Positions 50,980 to 63,877 of a stretch of DNA of 64,000 nt are shown one piece after another. Below the pieces are notes generated by a model. That model did not search any database, was not told the DNA's origin, and saw only the letters and a program-made list of their open reading frames with translations. This DNA comes from Octopus bimaculoides (Eukaryota), in NCBI RefSeq assembly GCF_001194135.2, contig NC_068981.1, forward strand, positions 169,310,605 through 169,374,604, given 5' to 3'. Numbering within the stretch: the first letter of the stretch is position 1; the number at the start of each line of letters is the position of its first letter. The translations under genes and the position numbers were made by a program.

Positions 50980-52933
50980 CAGTTAATTTCTCCTCAAATC
51001 ACACCTTTGCCAACTAAATTAGAATTTTACATGGAGTCATCATCATGTTCGTCCGTCAGACCTTAAAGAGGACCAAGGACAAAGTCAAATTGAATTAGGT
51101 GGTACTGAATGTACTGTTTAAAAAAATGTGATGATCGAGGCTGGAACGGAATACTTTGACCATAATAGATTAAATTCTTTGAGAAATGACCGAGGGTTAA
51201 ACAGCAATAACAAGAAAGACAGCAGCATCAGCAACAGTAAAGTGGAACGAATAGAAATTGCTTAGACCTCATGATACCCTAGTTATTTTACTTTAAAACA
51301 ATATAAAGATACCCACTGAGAATTGTTACTCTTATATTTGCCACTGTGAATAAGATGATCGATTTTCAAACATTTTTCATTACTTCAACTATTGAACCTA
51401 ATGAAAGCTCTAGACTGAGTTGCGTTGAAACTTCCCTTGCATTGAACGCTAGTTAATCACACGTAATTTTCAAAGACAACTTTTCAACCAATTCTTGATT
51501 TGAAATAGAGTGAGAGGGGAAAAAAAATAAGTGTCTTCTCTAGAGACACAACAAGAACGTTTGGTATGAATTCACAAAGCATCTCTCTCTTTATTGGCAG
51601 ATATTTTTTTTCTTTTTTCACATGGCCAGTTCACCTCAATAAAGCTAGTCTCGAAATGTATATATATATATATATATATATATATNNNNNNNNNNNNNNN
51701 NNNNNNNNNNNNNNNNNNNNNNNNNNNNNNNNNNNNNNNNNNNNNNNNNNNNNNNNNNNNNNNNNNNNNNNNNNNNNNNNNNNNNNNNNNNNNNNNNNNN
51801 NNNNNNNNNNNNNNNNNNNNNNNNNNNNNNNNNNNNNNNNNNNNNNNNNNNNNNNNNNNNNNNNNNNNNNNNNNNNNNNNNNNNNNNNNNNNNNNNNNNN
51901 NNNNNNNNNNNNNNNNNNNNAAGGGTGATACTTAATAATGCATGATACAATACTAGACTGGCTATAACGGTTTTGAATGTATCTGTTTTAATAAGTATAA
52001 TGACTGTCTAATGATGAAGTTATTCAATATATATTATTCACCAAATGGACGTTGCGTCTGTTTCGTGGGTGTTTATTTGAGGTGATCGATTATTTTGAGT
52101 AACTCCTCGGGTGAATTTTCAGCAGACAAATGCACCCATTACTTAATTCTCACGTAATTGCCAATATGATAGAGTGTGTGACAACGCTGGCTTTGTGATT
52201 TGCAGGTACAATCCATCCGATATGCTTTAGCGCAGCAAAACGTTATACATAATAGGCGCAGGCATTGTAAAACGTCATATATAATAAGCGCAGGCACAAC
52301 TGTGTGGTAAGCAAGTCGCTTCCGAACCTAATGGTTCTGAATTCAATTCCATTGCCTGGCAACTTGGGGAAGAGTCTTCCATTTGAGCTCCGGGCCGACC
52401 AGAGACTTATGATTGGATTTGGTTGGCGAAAACTATACCTATCTATATGCCTTTGTGTCCGTATTTGTTCCGTTTGACAACCAGTGTGGGTGTGTTTACC
52501 TCCCAGTAACTTAGCGGTTTGGCAAAAATCCAATAGAATAGATACCAGCTTTAGCAAAAAAAAAAAAAAATATGGGTTATTTGCTCGACTAAAATAATTT
52601 TTCCAGGCATTGACCTAACATTGCTGCAGTTTAATGAGTGGAAGAACTTAAAGGTAAACAATAGAATATANNNNNNNNNNATATATAACAACTTAAAAAG
52701 TGTAGCTTATTTGCAATTAGAAACTAAAGGCAAAAGTAATAGAGGTACAGACAAGCACTGCTTTTGCTAAAACTAGGAGTTAAAATAATTAAAATGCCAC
52801 AAAAGCCCTGAAAGGACTGACAACGTGAGGTAGGTCCCTAGCGTACATAGATCGAGATTTCGGATGATGATGACTCCATGTGAAATTCTCCTAATTTAGT
52901 TGGCAAAGGTGTGATTTGAGCAGGAATTAACTG
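50980..52933. repeat. Pair of ~65-70 bp inverted repeats (50980-51046 and 52863-52933) bracketing ~1.95 kb
   Basis: cagttaatttctcctcaaatcacacctttgccaactaaattag-aattttacatggagtcatcatcat versus the reverse complement cagttaattcctgctcaaatcacacctttgccaactaaattaggagaatttcacatggagtcatcatcat. Confidence 0.75.
52275..52645 (+). mobile_element. SINE family A, full length, almost no internal microsatellite
   Basis: gcgcaggcacaactgtgtggtaagcaagtcgcttccgaacc...ggttctgaattcaattcc...ctccgggccgacc...tttgacaaccagtgtgggtgtgtttacctcccagtaacttagcgg. Confidence 0.8.
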
Positions 52934-53059
52934 GTCTTCTCCAAAATCCGAAATCGCGATCCCACTATATACGCTGGGGACTTACCACCCTTTGTCTATA
53001 TTTTGCAAAAGCGGCGCTAGTCTGTACTGTTTGTCATTTTTGTGACCTCAATTACATAT

Positions 53060-53760
53060 AGATATATGTGTGGGCACCATCTGTAAGAAAAACAGCACCA
53101 TGACGCAAGTCACTCAGCGAGAAATTTGGAAACGACGTTTCCACGTGTTTGGGTGTCAATCTGAAGACAGTGCAATCTGAGGACATGTACCGAGAACGAT
53201 AAAAATCAAACATCCAGTCAATATCTTGGTGTTTGGAGTGATCACTAGTGACGGCAACGGCCTCAGACTCAACACGGAAGCCTACATCAAGTGCCTAGAA
53301 GAAGTAGTGCTGCCCTGTGTCAAGAGGGTAGCTGCTGGAAGACCCTATGTCAAACAAGCAGGAGGACCCAGACATGGCTGTCAGACTATTTCTGCGACTA
53401 CATTACCCTTAACATCTGGCTACCTAATTCCCCCACACTGCAATCCCCTTTATTATTATGTGTGGGGCGGAGTTGAGCGAGACACTAATCAAAACTCCTT
53501 GTTTCACCAAAAATGAACTGAAGGCAAGGATTATAGCAGCATTCACCAACTTAAACAAGAAGACCGCCCAGAAGAGTTGCAGAAGATTCCGAAGTCTTCT
53601 GGAGGCCGTGGTTGACGCCAATGGTGATTTTATTGAATAGATTTACTGTCTAGTATTTCAAAATATTTTTGTATAATTTTGGTAAATATATCTGTTAAAA
53701 TGAGATGTCAGTGTTATTTTTATTTTTTGTGTAATTGAGACAACAATATATTTACCGCAA
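53060..53760 (+). mobile_element. Tc1/mariner-superfamily (maT/DD37D-like) transposase remnant with internal deletions
   Basis: Reads KIKHPVNILVFGVITSDG..GLRLNTEAYIKCLEEVVLP.VKRVAAGRPYV / TSRRTQTWLSDYFCDYITLNIWLPNSP / CNPLYYYVWG.VE / KNELKARI...CRRFRSLLEAVVDANGDFIE*. The W.PNSPD.NP.DY..W motif is recognisable; the QQD.AP.H segment is deleted. Confidence 0.85.
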
Positions 53761-53966
53761 CCATTACACACACACACANNNNNNNNNNNNNNNNNNNNNN
53801 NNNNNNNNNNNNNNNNNNNNNNNNNNNNNNNNNNNNNNNNNNNNNNNNNNNNNNNNNNNNNNNNNNNNNNNNNNNNNNNNNNNNNNNNNNNNNNNNNNNN
53901 NNNNNNNNNNNNNNNNNNNNNNNNNNNNNNNNNNNNNNNNNNNNNNNNNNNNNNNNNNNNNNNNNN

Positions 53967-54250
53967 CGAAGCGCTATGTTACGGGGAGGTAAACACACCA
54001 GCATCGGTTGCCAAGCGATGGTGGAGGGGACAAATACAGACATGCAAACACACACACACACACACACACAAACAAATACACGCACACACACACACACATA
54101 TACGACGGGCTTGTTTCAGGTTCCGTCTACCAAATCCATTCACAGGGCTTTGATCGGCCCGAGGCTATAGTAGAAGACACTAGCCGAAGGTGCCACGCAG
54201 TGGGACTGAACCCGGAAATATGTGGTAAGCAAGCTACTTACCACACAGCC
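53967..54250 (-). mobile_element. SINE family A
   Basis: gctatgttacggggaggtaaacacaccagcatcggttgccaagcg...ttccgtctaccaaatccattcacagggctttgatcggcccgaggctatagtagaagacac...aaggtgccacgcagtgggactgaaccc. Confidence 0.9.
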
Positions 54251-54295
54251 TCATCTTTTTGTTTTTTCAACACATTTAATATACGGTTTTAGCAT

Positions 54296-54890
54296 AAGGC
54301 GGTGAGCTGGTGGAATCGTTAAAACGCTGGGCAAAATGCTTAGAGCCGTCTCATCTGTCGTCGTGTTCCGAGTTTAAATTCCGTCCAAGTGGACTTCGTA
54401 TTTTATTCTTTCAGGGTCTATAAAATCATTGCACAGTGGTCGTAACAATCAATTTAAGTACGCCCCTAAAACTACTGGCCTTGTGCTAAAATTTCGAACC
54501 AATATTAGATCTTAGCTTCACCGAAGTCGACTTTGCCTTTCATCCTTTAGGGGTCGATAAAACAAATACCAGTTGAGCATAGGGATCGATAGAACAGATA
54601 CCAGTTGAATACAGGGGTCGATGTGATCGATTTACCTTCTGCCCCCAAATTACTTGCTTTGCGCCAAAACTTGAAGTGAATATTCATTTTATCTGAAGGC
54701 GGTAAAATATTTTGCGGCATTTTGTCTGTCTTTACGTCCGGTGCTTAAATTTCTCAGAGGATGACTTTGTCTTTCATCCTGTCGGGGTCGATAAAACAAG
54801 TACCAGTTGAGTCCTGGAGTCGATATCATCGTTTTACACCTTTCCCAGAACTTGCTGGCCTTGTGCCAAAATTTGAAACAAATATTAGAT
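54296..54890 (+). mobile_element. Head-to-tail array of three SINE family B units (~54296-54505, ~54510-54685, ~54696-54885)
   Basis: The block ctttcatcct..ggggtcgataaaac..gtaccagttga...ggccttgtg.caaaa recurs three times. The middle unit lacks the head and has a duplicated accagttga segment. Confidence 0.8.
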
Positions 54891-55699
54891 TTTAGCTTTT
54901 TAATTGTCCATCTACCAAATAAGCTGATGCTGACTAATATAATGTACGTATGTGGAAATCTATAGGGGTTTACTTCAAATAATTACATCATAGTAGGTAA
55001 GTTAAATATTTACTGTGGTGCTTAAAATTGCACACATACACACGTACAACACACAATTTCTGTCTCATCTTGAGATATCACAAATATAATTTTATTAGAT
55101 TGTATGTCCAAAGAACAATTATCTGTTAGTGTGTCAGCTATAGACACATATTTACATCAGTGATTAACTGTCAGTTATTGACATAGTGATTCGTGACTGA
55201 GCATAGATCTATTAAGAGTTTCCTGCAGACTCATTAGAACCTCACATTGAATGGTTTGTGTTATTTACTCCGATTTTCTGTGCTTTGTGTTCCAATCCTG
55301 TTGACATCAACGTTTCCTTTCTTTATTTTTGTGTCGATAAAAATTGTTGTTCCAAGGAGGTGACTTGTCGAAAATGTAAGAACGCTGGACCGGATGCTCT
55401 GTAGTATTTCTTATGGTTCTTTACATTTTGCGTTCAAATCCAGCCATAGTTTACATGGATGTTAGACTTAATTTATCACCCAGTTAGAGAGTAAGTCAAA
55501 AGCTAAGTGTTTCGTGTACTGGAACTTATCAAACAAAATTTGCCCATTGTCACTCTGTAATTTCTGACGAAATAATTTCTAAAATACAAAATGTTTTTCA
55601 AAAACGTTAACAGTAAACCCTGTTTTATGTGATACCTTCTACCAGTATCAGAAGTTTGAAAGTGTTTAGTTCAAAAAACATAATTAAATAATCTGTACG

Positions 55700-55803
55700 T
55701 CAAAGTCGACCTCGGCGATATTTGAACTCAAAAAGTGTAAAGACAGACGAAATACCGTTAAGTATTTCATCCAGCGCTCTAACGTTTCTGCCAGTTCGCC
55801 GCG
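55700..55803 (-). mobile_element. SINE family B 5' half
   Basis: caaagtcgacctcggcgatatttgaactca...gacagacgaaatacc...ctaacgtttctgccagttcgccgc. Confidence 0.8.
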
Positions 55804-56538
55804 TTAGAAATCAAACATTCATTTTAGAAATATATTCTTTATTCTTATTGCTTAAGCGTTACTCCCTTACTTCTTTACTTACCGACATGAAATTTCATAA
55901 CATTTTACCTCATAACTCTTTTTCTACTAATTTTTGTTCAATACCACTAGCGATTCTGAATCCTTCATGCATTTTTCTATCATTTAAGCCTAAGAAAAGT
56001 ATACTTTTAATTTAAAATTTAAAAAATCATGTTAATTGAAAATGAATATCTGCCTTACTGCCCTCCCACTTTGAGGTCGCAGATATTTTGATGTAACTTT
56101 ATTTTTTACTCAACCAAATCTCAAACTATTTATGCCAAAGTGTAGCGGAGGAGAGGAGGTGTCCTCTTTAAAACTATTAACAGTTTGCAATTTAGTTGAG
56201 AACTGAATTAGTAGTGAAGCTTGGAAGCTGCTGCGATTGACGAAATGGTGGACTTAAGAATATATTCAACCGCTACCGTGGTTGAATCATAGCTAATTTT
56301 GTGCAATGATATATGATTTAACAGATCATCAGAAATTGTGCGAAACATTGAATTCTGTTGAACTGAAGTCTGAATTTCAGTGTGACAATTTATTTCATCA
56401 TTTATTTTTTCGTAGAATGAATATATCAGATCAAGTTATAAAAAAAATATGGAGAACTTATAAAGTATCACCCCCAGGTCTCCAATTATAAAAAAATATG
56501 TAAGTGAAAGGTATCAACAATACATTATCTATCTATCC

Positions 56539-56572
<34 letters not shown>

Positions 56573-57100
56573 ATTTACATATATAATATTTCTTTTTTAC
56601 TTTTAACATAGCATTGGAAAAGTAGACTACTTCCGGCCTAAGTGGCACTATAAATCAATGTGGTTTAACAGCACGGGTTTAATTTGAAAAGTTTGCAATT
56701 ATAGGTTTGAATGGTGCGGTAATTCATACAGATAAATGTAATCATTTTCAATTACAACATTAATAGAAAACAAATTCTGAGTTAATCTCCTGATGGAAAT
56801 AGTGTTATACATATGTTCATGAAATATAGTTCTTTTTGTGTCACTCGTGTACTGCGAAGAGAAATCTGTTTCTTTTGATTTGAAAGAAAGAATATTGTCA
56901 TAAAATAGTTTACAGCTTNNNNNNNNNNNNNNNNNNNNNNNNNNNNNNNNNNNNNNNNNNNNNNNNNNNNNNNNNNNNNNNNNNNNNNNNNNNNNNNNNN
57001 NNNNNNNNNNNNNNNNNNNNNNNNNNNNNNNNNNNNNNNNNNNNNNNNNNNNNNNNNNNNNNNNNNNNNNNNNNNNNNNNNNNNNNNNNNNNNNNNNNNN

Positions 57101-57153
<53 letters not shown>

Positions 57154-58503
57154 TAGATAGAGAGAGAGAGAACGAGAGAGGAGAGATTGTGAGAAAAAGA
57201 GAGAAAGAGAAAGAGGGAGAGAAGGGGTAGAGGGTAACAAAGAAAGAGAGATGGAGGTCGGACAGTTAAACAGCAGAAAAAAAGAAACCAGTCAATTGTG
57301 ATTTCGAGTTTAAATTGGTAAGAGCTTGCCTGTGATATAATGCGCACTCATTTGGTCTAATAAATCAATGAAAGACGGCTGACTGATATAAATCCATCTA
57401 GCTGCAAAACACTCGCTATATTAGGTATTTACAGAATAAATCCTATATACAGAATACAGGAATTGTCTTCCCAGCGTGCCTTTTGACATGGCAAGCTGGT
57501 AGTCACTTTGGATTCCGAATTCTCCAGAATTTCGGACATAGTTTGATTATTGTTTTAGCTTAAATAATTAATCCTAAAAAGGGACTGTGAGCAATTTGTA
57601 CTGCAAATGGTTTCAACGTGTATAATTGTATAAGGAATTTGATGAGCCTTAGGCTTCCAACTACATTATATCTGAAATGAAGGTATGCAAAATTACGAGA
57701 TAGGAGAAATTAACTGGATTATGTAGTTCTGATAATTTGCTATACATTTCTTAGCAGATATTGCAGTACAAATTATACCTGTGCCTGACAGACATTTAGA
57801 AGCAGTTCTATTCGTCAAGATTCCGTCACCGTCTTCTTGCTTAGTTCATAATATGTTATATTCAGCTAGAGATCGTTTTATAGAGTATAAACATACACAC
57901 GCACACATGCAGAAATCCCAACACGCCCAATCCTCCACGCAAACGCACGCACACTCCTGCACACATGTCCGTTTAAGCTGATTCACACATTAATACGAAC
58001 ATCTACGATAACACAGATATCCAAGATAATATAGCATTCACACTTTCACAAGAGTACTTACTATGTAATATTCCTTTTTTACACCCAAGCGTGTGCAGAG
58101 GCGTGCACAATTGCACCTGCGTGCACACACATACACGCACACAAACATACACAAATATATACTTAGGCATTAATTTAAGAAAACGCAAATGTACACACAC
58201 ACAAACAAATACACATGTAGTCATGTGACGTATTACTGCTCTAAATGGAACCTCAAGCGACCGATTTTCCAACAATCCATATTGGTTAATATATAAGGTA
58301 TTGCTCAACGGCCACAGTTTCAGTTACCAAATACATACATACATATATATACATCCTTTTGTTGTTTTCACTACCTGTCCTCGTCTGTTGCTTTTTTTTC
58401 GTACATTCTCCTAGATACATACATACATACATGCATGCATATATACATACGTACGTACGTACGTACATACATGCATACATACATACATACATACATACAT
58501 ACA

Positions 58504-58535
<32 letters not shown>

Positions 58536-58537
58536 GT

Positions 58538-58860
58538 GAAGGCGTGTGTTTGTAGTTAGTGTATTCGGCTTAATTTCGTAAGGACGTTAGTTCGATTTTC
58601 AGCGGGGTGACGTTCTGTCCTTAAGAATTTATTTCCCTTTCCTCCAGTTCACTCAACTGACACAGATGAATAGTACCTGTAATTCAAAGGGCCAATCTTA
58701 TCACATTCTTAGTCACGATGAATCTCTTTAAGAACTATGTTAAGGGGACTCGTATCTGTGGATTGCTCAGCCACTTGCACGTTAATTTTATGAGCACGCT
58801 GTTCAGTTGATCAGATCAACTGGAACACTTATCGTCTTAACCGACAAAGTACCAATCACT
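58538..58860 (+). mobile_element. SINE with family C head and the body shared with 45697-46030
   Basis: gaaggcgtgtgtttgtagttagtgtattcggc...gttcgattttc...ccagttcactcaactg...gtacctgtaattcaaagggcc...ctcagccacttgcacgttaatttt...gatcagatcaactggaacac. Confidence 0.75.
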
Positions 58861-59639
58861 TGTATATATGTATAACATATAGATACGCACATTTATATGT
58901 ATGTATGAATACATCCCGCTCTCTCTATATATGTATATAGATGTATATACAATCAAACATACATACATATATACATGCACATATACATCATTACATCCAT
59001 TATACTATATCAAATGGTTCATAAAGAATGAAGAAATACATGAACATATGAAATGATGCAATTTACTCATACGTCGAGGACCTAAACCAATTACTTACGA
59101 AATATCATTATGTTGTATGCTTATATTTTCATTTCTTGTCATTTATTCTATTTTAAGCATGTCCTCTAGCTATGAACATTGGTTTCAGTTCGGCACAAGC
59201 GTAATTAATTGTAAAAACCTGCAGTCTAATTGACTTAACCCCTTTACATTATTTATCTTAAGTGGTTTCGATACGCTGTTCCTTCTGGTTTCGAAGCATA
59301 CATAATTATTTCAATACGTTATTAACTTACTTATAAGATGGATTGCTATTTTATATCACGATTTCTATAATAGAAACGCAGATGAACATATCAATAGAAC
59401 GAGTGAGAAAATATCTGGTAGCATTTATTTATATGCCAATACATATTGAGTTCAGATTCCACCAAAAGAGTTTCATCATTCTGGATCCGATAAAATAAGT
59501 ACCAATCAAATAACAGGCTTAGTATAATCAACCATACCCCCTCGTCATAAGTGGAACCCTCATGCCTTTCTAAGAATTTTGTGTAGATTTAGAGTCTATT
59601 TACTGGAGTAAGAGCGGATAAATATTTGAAACGGAACGT

Positions 59640-59870
59640 GCATAAGAATTAAAAGAAAATATATATCTCATAACGCTCAAACAGTTCCTGGTTGAACATC
59701 TTCAAGAAATTCCAGATAAACCTCCAACATCCGGATATATCTCTGCAAGCAATAACTCTTTACACGAACGTGCTATCGTGCCCAAAGAATGACTGTAATA
59801 TCCAACATCACTAAATGTATTTTCCAGGTGGTGCTATTAAATTTGTCAAAGTCTGGAGCAATTCCGTCCG
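59640..59870 (+). mobile_element. CR1/L2-like LINE 3' end, diverged copy
   Basis: Reads LKQFLVEHLQEIPDKPPTSGYISASNNSLHE, followed by ttttccaggtggtgctatt, identical to the 3' UTR motif of the 21715-22030 copy. Confidence 0.7.
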
Positions 59871-60043
59871 AAACATATTGAAGTCTACACACGCACAGAA
59901 ACGAACTCACACACACTTCTTCATTTACATGTATATATACACCTATATATAAATATGCATCTGTATATATATANNNNNNNNNNNNNNNNNNNNNNNNNNN
60001 NNNNNNNNNNNNNNNNNNNNNNNNNNNNNNNNNNNNNNNNNNN

Positions 60044-60078
<35 letters not shown>

Positions 60079-60918
60079 TGTGTATTTCTTCTATCTTAAT
60101 GAATAAACATTCTTCTGATAGAATATGTATATATATACAAACTAATAACTGACTTGAATTATTAGTACTTTATATCAATATTTTATTTATCAGACGAAGA
60201 TCGAAGCCTTTTACAGGTTCCTAGTACAGTGCTCTTATGAGAGTTTAACTCCAACAATCTTAGCTTTTCTAGATATAAATATCAATTGTTGTATTCAATG
60301 GTTGTTAGAACCTAGATAGAGGAAATTCACAAGCTTGTGATCATGTAGAGGTTTGCTTCGGATGATAGAGAGCAATTTGAAATGCTACCCCAACAGAACC
60401 TGTAGAGAATTTGCATGCACGAATTATTTCTAACACTCTGTCAACGAGTTTTAGATTAAGAGAGAAGCTGATCTTTGAAAGTAAGATATGTTTATATTTT
60501 CGGTGGCGTGGTTTCCTCTACTTTTTAATTACACTCGTAAGCCTGGTTTATAATAATTACTGGACATTGGCCGGTATAGCAATATCCTAAAAATAATCAA
60601 ATCAATGAAAAAAAAAACAATATAAATAAATTATAGTGTAATACGCCCAATAAAGAACCTCGGTTTGCAAGAAAACAAAAGAAATACTTACTTACACATA
60701 CACGCACGTACACACACACACACACACTCCCATTCACACACACACACACTCCCATTCACACACACACATATATGTAAACGCGTGTATGGATTCAAACACC
60801 GACATATAGGTACAGGCAGTTGCATGGACACAAAAAAACGGACAAATACGCATATCTATCAATTAATCAATCCGTCAAACAGTCAATCAATCATCCAATT
60901 AAGCTCTCTCTGTGTTTC

Positions 60919-60958
<40 letters not shown>

Positions 60959-61599
60959 TTATCTAGCTATCTATCTAAGTCAAGACACATGATAGAGCTC
61001 AATTTTAATGAACGACGATATATTTACTTTGTTCAGTGCAATCCAACCACGGATATACAGATCGACATTTGATTTCATTTGAAGTAGAAGCTTTGATTGT
61101 TATTCTCTTATATCAAGTAATGAGCATAATCTCATTCCTCCTCAGTCTCCCACCCCTTGCTCTCGGTCATTACACTGGATAGGTATTATCGTCTTTGTTT
61201 TCATTTTGGCCGATATTTCGAGTGGCGTTGCTACTAAGTCTTCTGCGTAGACTTTACTTGAAAAATAGAACCAATGGTAGCCTGCAGTGCGTTAGACTCG
61301 TTTCAACCGAATATATTCACACACACACACATACACACATGTGTATGTGTGTATTTGTGTGTATGTGTGGCCGTGGGTGTCTATGTAGATAATTCGGATT
61401 TCGCAATAATATGAATTGAAACGCAGCGTAAAACTACTCAATAATATTAGGTTGAGTATTGAAGTATTATTTATTCAGTGTAAAATGCTTTTGGCTGTTT
61501 CCCGTTCACGGTCCTCAAACGGTTTTCTGTCTAGTTGAATGAAGAATAGAAACGTGCATAGCCAACGGTGGCGTTTAAGATTAAATTCTGAAGGGTTGT

Positions 61600-61735
61600 T
61601 TTTTATGTCATTTGTTCTGTTTTCCATTTGTGGTTTTCGTTGTTCGAAAGAATAGTTCATGTTCCATGTACTTGTGCTTCGTACTCTTTTTTGTACGTTT
61701 CGTGGCGTCCTGTGCCTACATATGCACATATATAT

Positions 61736-61785
<50 letters not shown>

Positions 61786-61830
61786 GTATAGATTTAAGTA
61801 TGTACATATACGCATGTACAAATGCATATC

Positions 61831-61894
<64 letters not shown>

Positions 61895-62572
61895 ATTTAT
61901 ATTATTATATGATTGGAATCCCCGTATCCTCTTCCAAGTAAGTTTTATCTTAATAATTCTGATGCGCACACTATACAATCTTTTTACTCTTTCGTTTTTT
62001 ACTTCCTTTTCTCCAACTGTTCTATCTTATTACTCTGTCACTCTCTCTCCGTCACTCCTCGTCCCTTGCTCACGTGGCTCCCACGAGACCATCGGTCATG
62101 TTTCATTCTCTCCGTTGTAGCTTGAACAAAGAAGACATGCTCTCGTCTGTCTCCTGTTCTAGCCTGATTTATGCGTTCGTCACCACGACCTCTTTTAGGC
62201 TTAGCAGTCCCTCCTGTTTGTTTTCCTGTTTGCGTTACTAATTTCGATCCTCCGCAAAATCCCAAATTTTATTTAATTTGCTTTGGGTAGCAACTGCTTT
62301 ATCGAAAGCGTTGTTAAATCCTCGAAATACGAGACTAGTAAAACAGCCAACAACTGATGAAGAGTCGTTCTCTATGTTGTTTTTTTGTGTTCCATTTGTG
62401 TATTTCGTTGTTCGAAAGAATAGTTCATGGTCCATGTACTCCATGTATATGTTTCGTGACGTCCTGTGCCCACATATGCATATATATACGTATAGATGTA
62501 TGTACAAATACGTATTTATATATGCATATACATACATACATACATACAAACACACACACAAACACACTTATA
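61600..62572 (+). repeat. Local direct duplication (~61600-61860 and ~62380-62572)
   Basis: ttccatttgtg..tttcgttgttcgaaagaatagttcatg.tccatgtact...gtttcgtg.cgtcctgtgcc.acatatgca...tatacgtatagat...tatgtaca occurs twice, ~780 bp apart. Confidence 0.85.
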
Positions 62573-62596
62573 NNNNNNNNNNNNNNNNNNNNNNNN

Positions 62597-62635
<39 letters not shown>

Positions 62636-63257
62636 AGCGCACACACAAAAAAAACGCACATGCACATATGTATGTAGTGTGTATAAAGATCTCTCAATAG
62701 AGGTTTTGTTATAATAAGACAGAGGTTCGTTGTCTGTGTGTACATATGTTCCTGTTCTCGGTTTTGCACGTTTATATAGGTGTGTTTATATAAAAGAACA
62801 TGTTTCAAATACATATCAGAATATCGCATATTACAGGGCAATGTGAAGAAGAACGAAAGATGAAAGATAAGTATAAAAAAGTATGTTACGCCAGCCAGAA
62901 AAAAATGGCGATAGATAAGAAAGGGAAAGAGAACGAGTGGTTTTTAAAAAACAGCTGAAAAAAGGAAGACGGATAGGTTTGGAAGGAGACACAATGGTAG
63001 TACGTTAGTGGCATGAAAATCAGATTTGGACATGAAAATATACATCATATTCGTATACTACATGGTATTGGTTTTATTATACTTAAAGCTTGCGAATGGC
63101 CTGTCAGAATGTCAGCACACATCACACTCATAAGATCACAATGACCAGCAGGTTTATCGATAAATTCCACAATAAAAGCTAAGTTTTATAGACAGATGTT
63201 GTCCGAGAAAGCGAATGATGAAAATAAGAAAGAAACTATACAAATAATGAAATAACC

Positions 63258-63345
<88 letters not shown>
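63258..63345. repeat. (TAA)n microsatellite
   Basis: Directly visible. Confidence 0.95.
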
Positions 63346-63347
<2 letters not shown>

Positions 63348-63877
63348 GATAATAATACTGATAATAACTACAAGCAAAAAGTAGTTTTAGAATCAGTGTA
63401 CGGAACCATCGACAGGATTCTTTCTCATGCAGATCATTATGATAATCTGAAAGAATGCCAAATAAAACAACAACAAATCAAACATCTCTACAATAATGCC
63501 AAATATGTATCTACGTAGTCGATCGATTTGCTAGATATACCAATACATTTTCTCTTTCGAATCATATCTATATAACATAAAAAGAGGATGCCTTGAATAG
63601 TGTAGACCCACGTACACAACTCCGCAAAAGGAAATATGTTTGACTCTGTCATAGTTAGAATGTTTATGAAAATAGGTATGTTGATCAGAGCCAAGTAGAT
63701 CTATCAATAACAAAAACGGCAGAAGCAACCATGGCATTAAACGTAGCAGAAAGAAAAATAACATCGAGAGCAACAATAATCCAATGAACTGCTTGAACTA
63801 TCTAGAGAAAAACTCTCACTCGAAGCTCAGGGTAGCATCTGAAGACAATGCAGTCTATGTATGTATACATATATACT

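Noticed and set aside
54296-54890. CRISPR-like repeat/spacer array
   Set aside because: The units are ~200-bp diverged SINE copies in eukaryotic DNA, with no constant short repeat, no unique spacers and no cas genes.
63380-63850. Possible further R4 remnant beside the (TAA)n at 63258-63345
   Set aside because: No convincing RT or RLE motif in the frames I translated.
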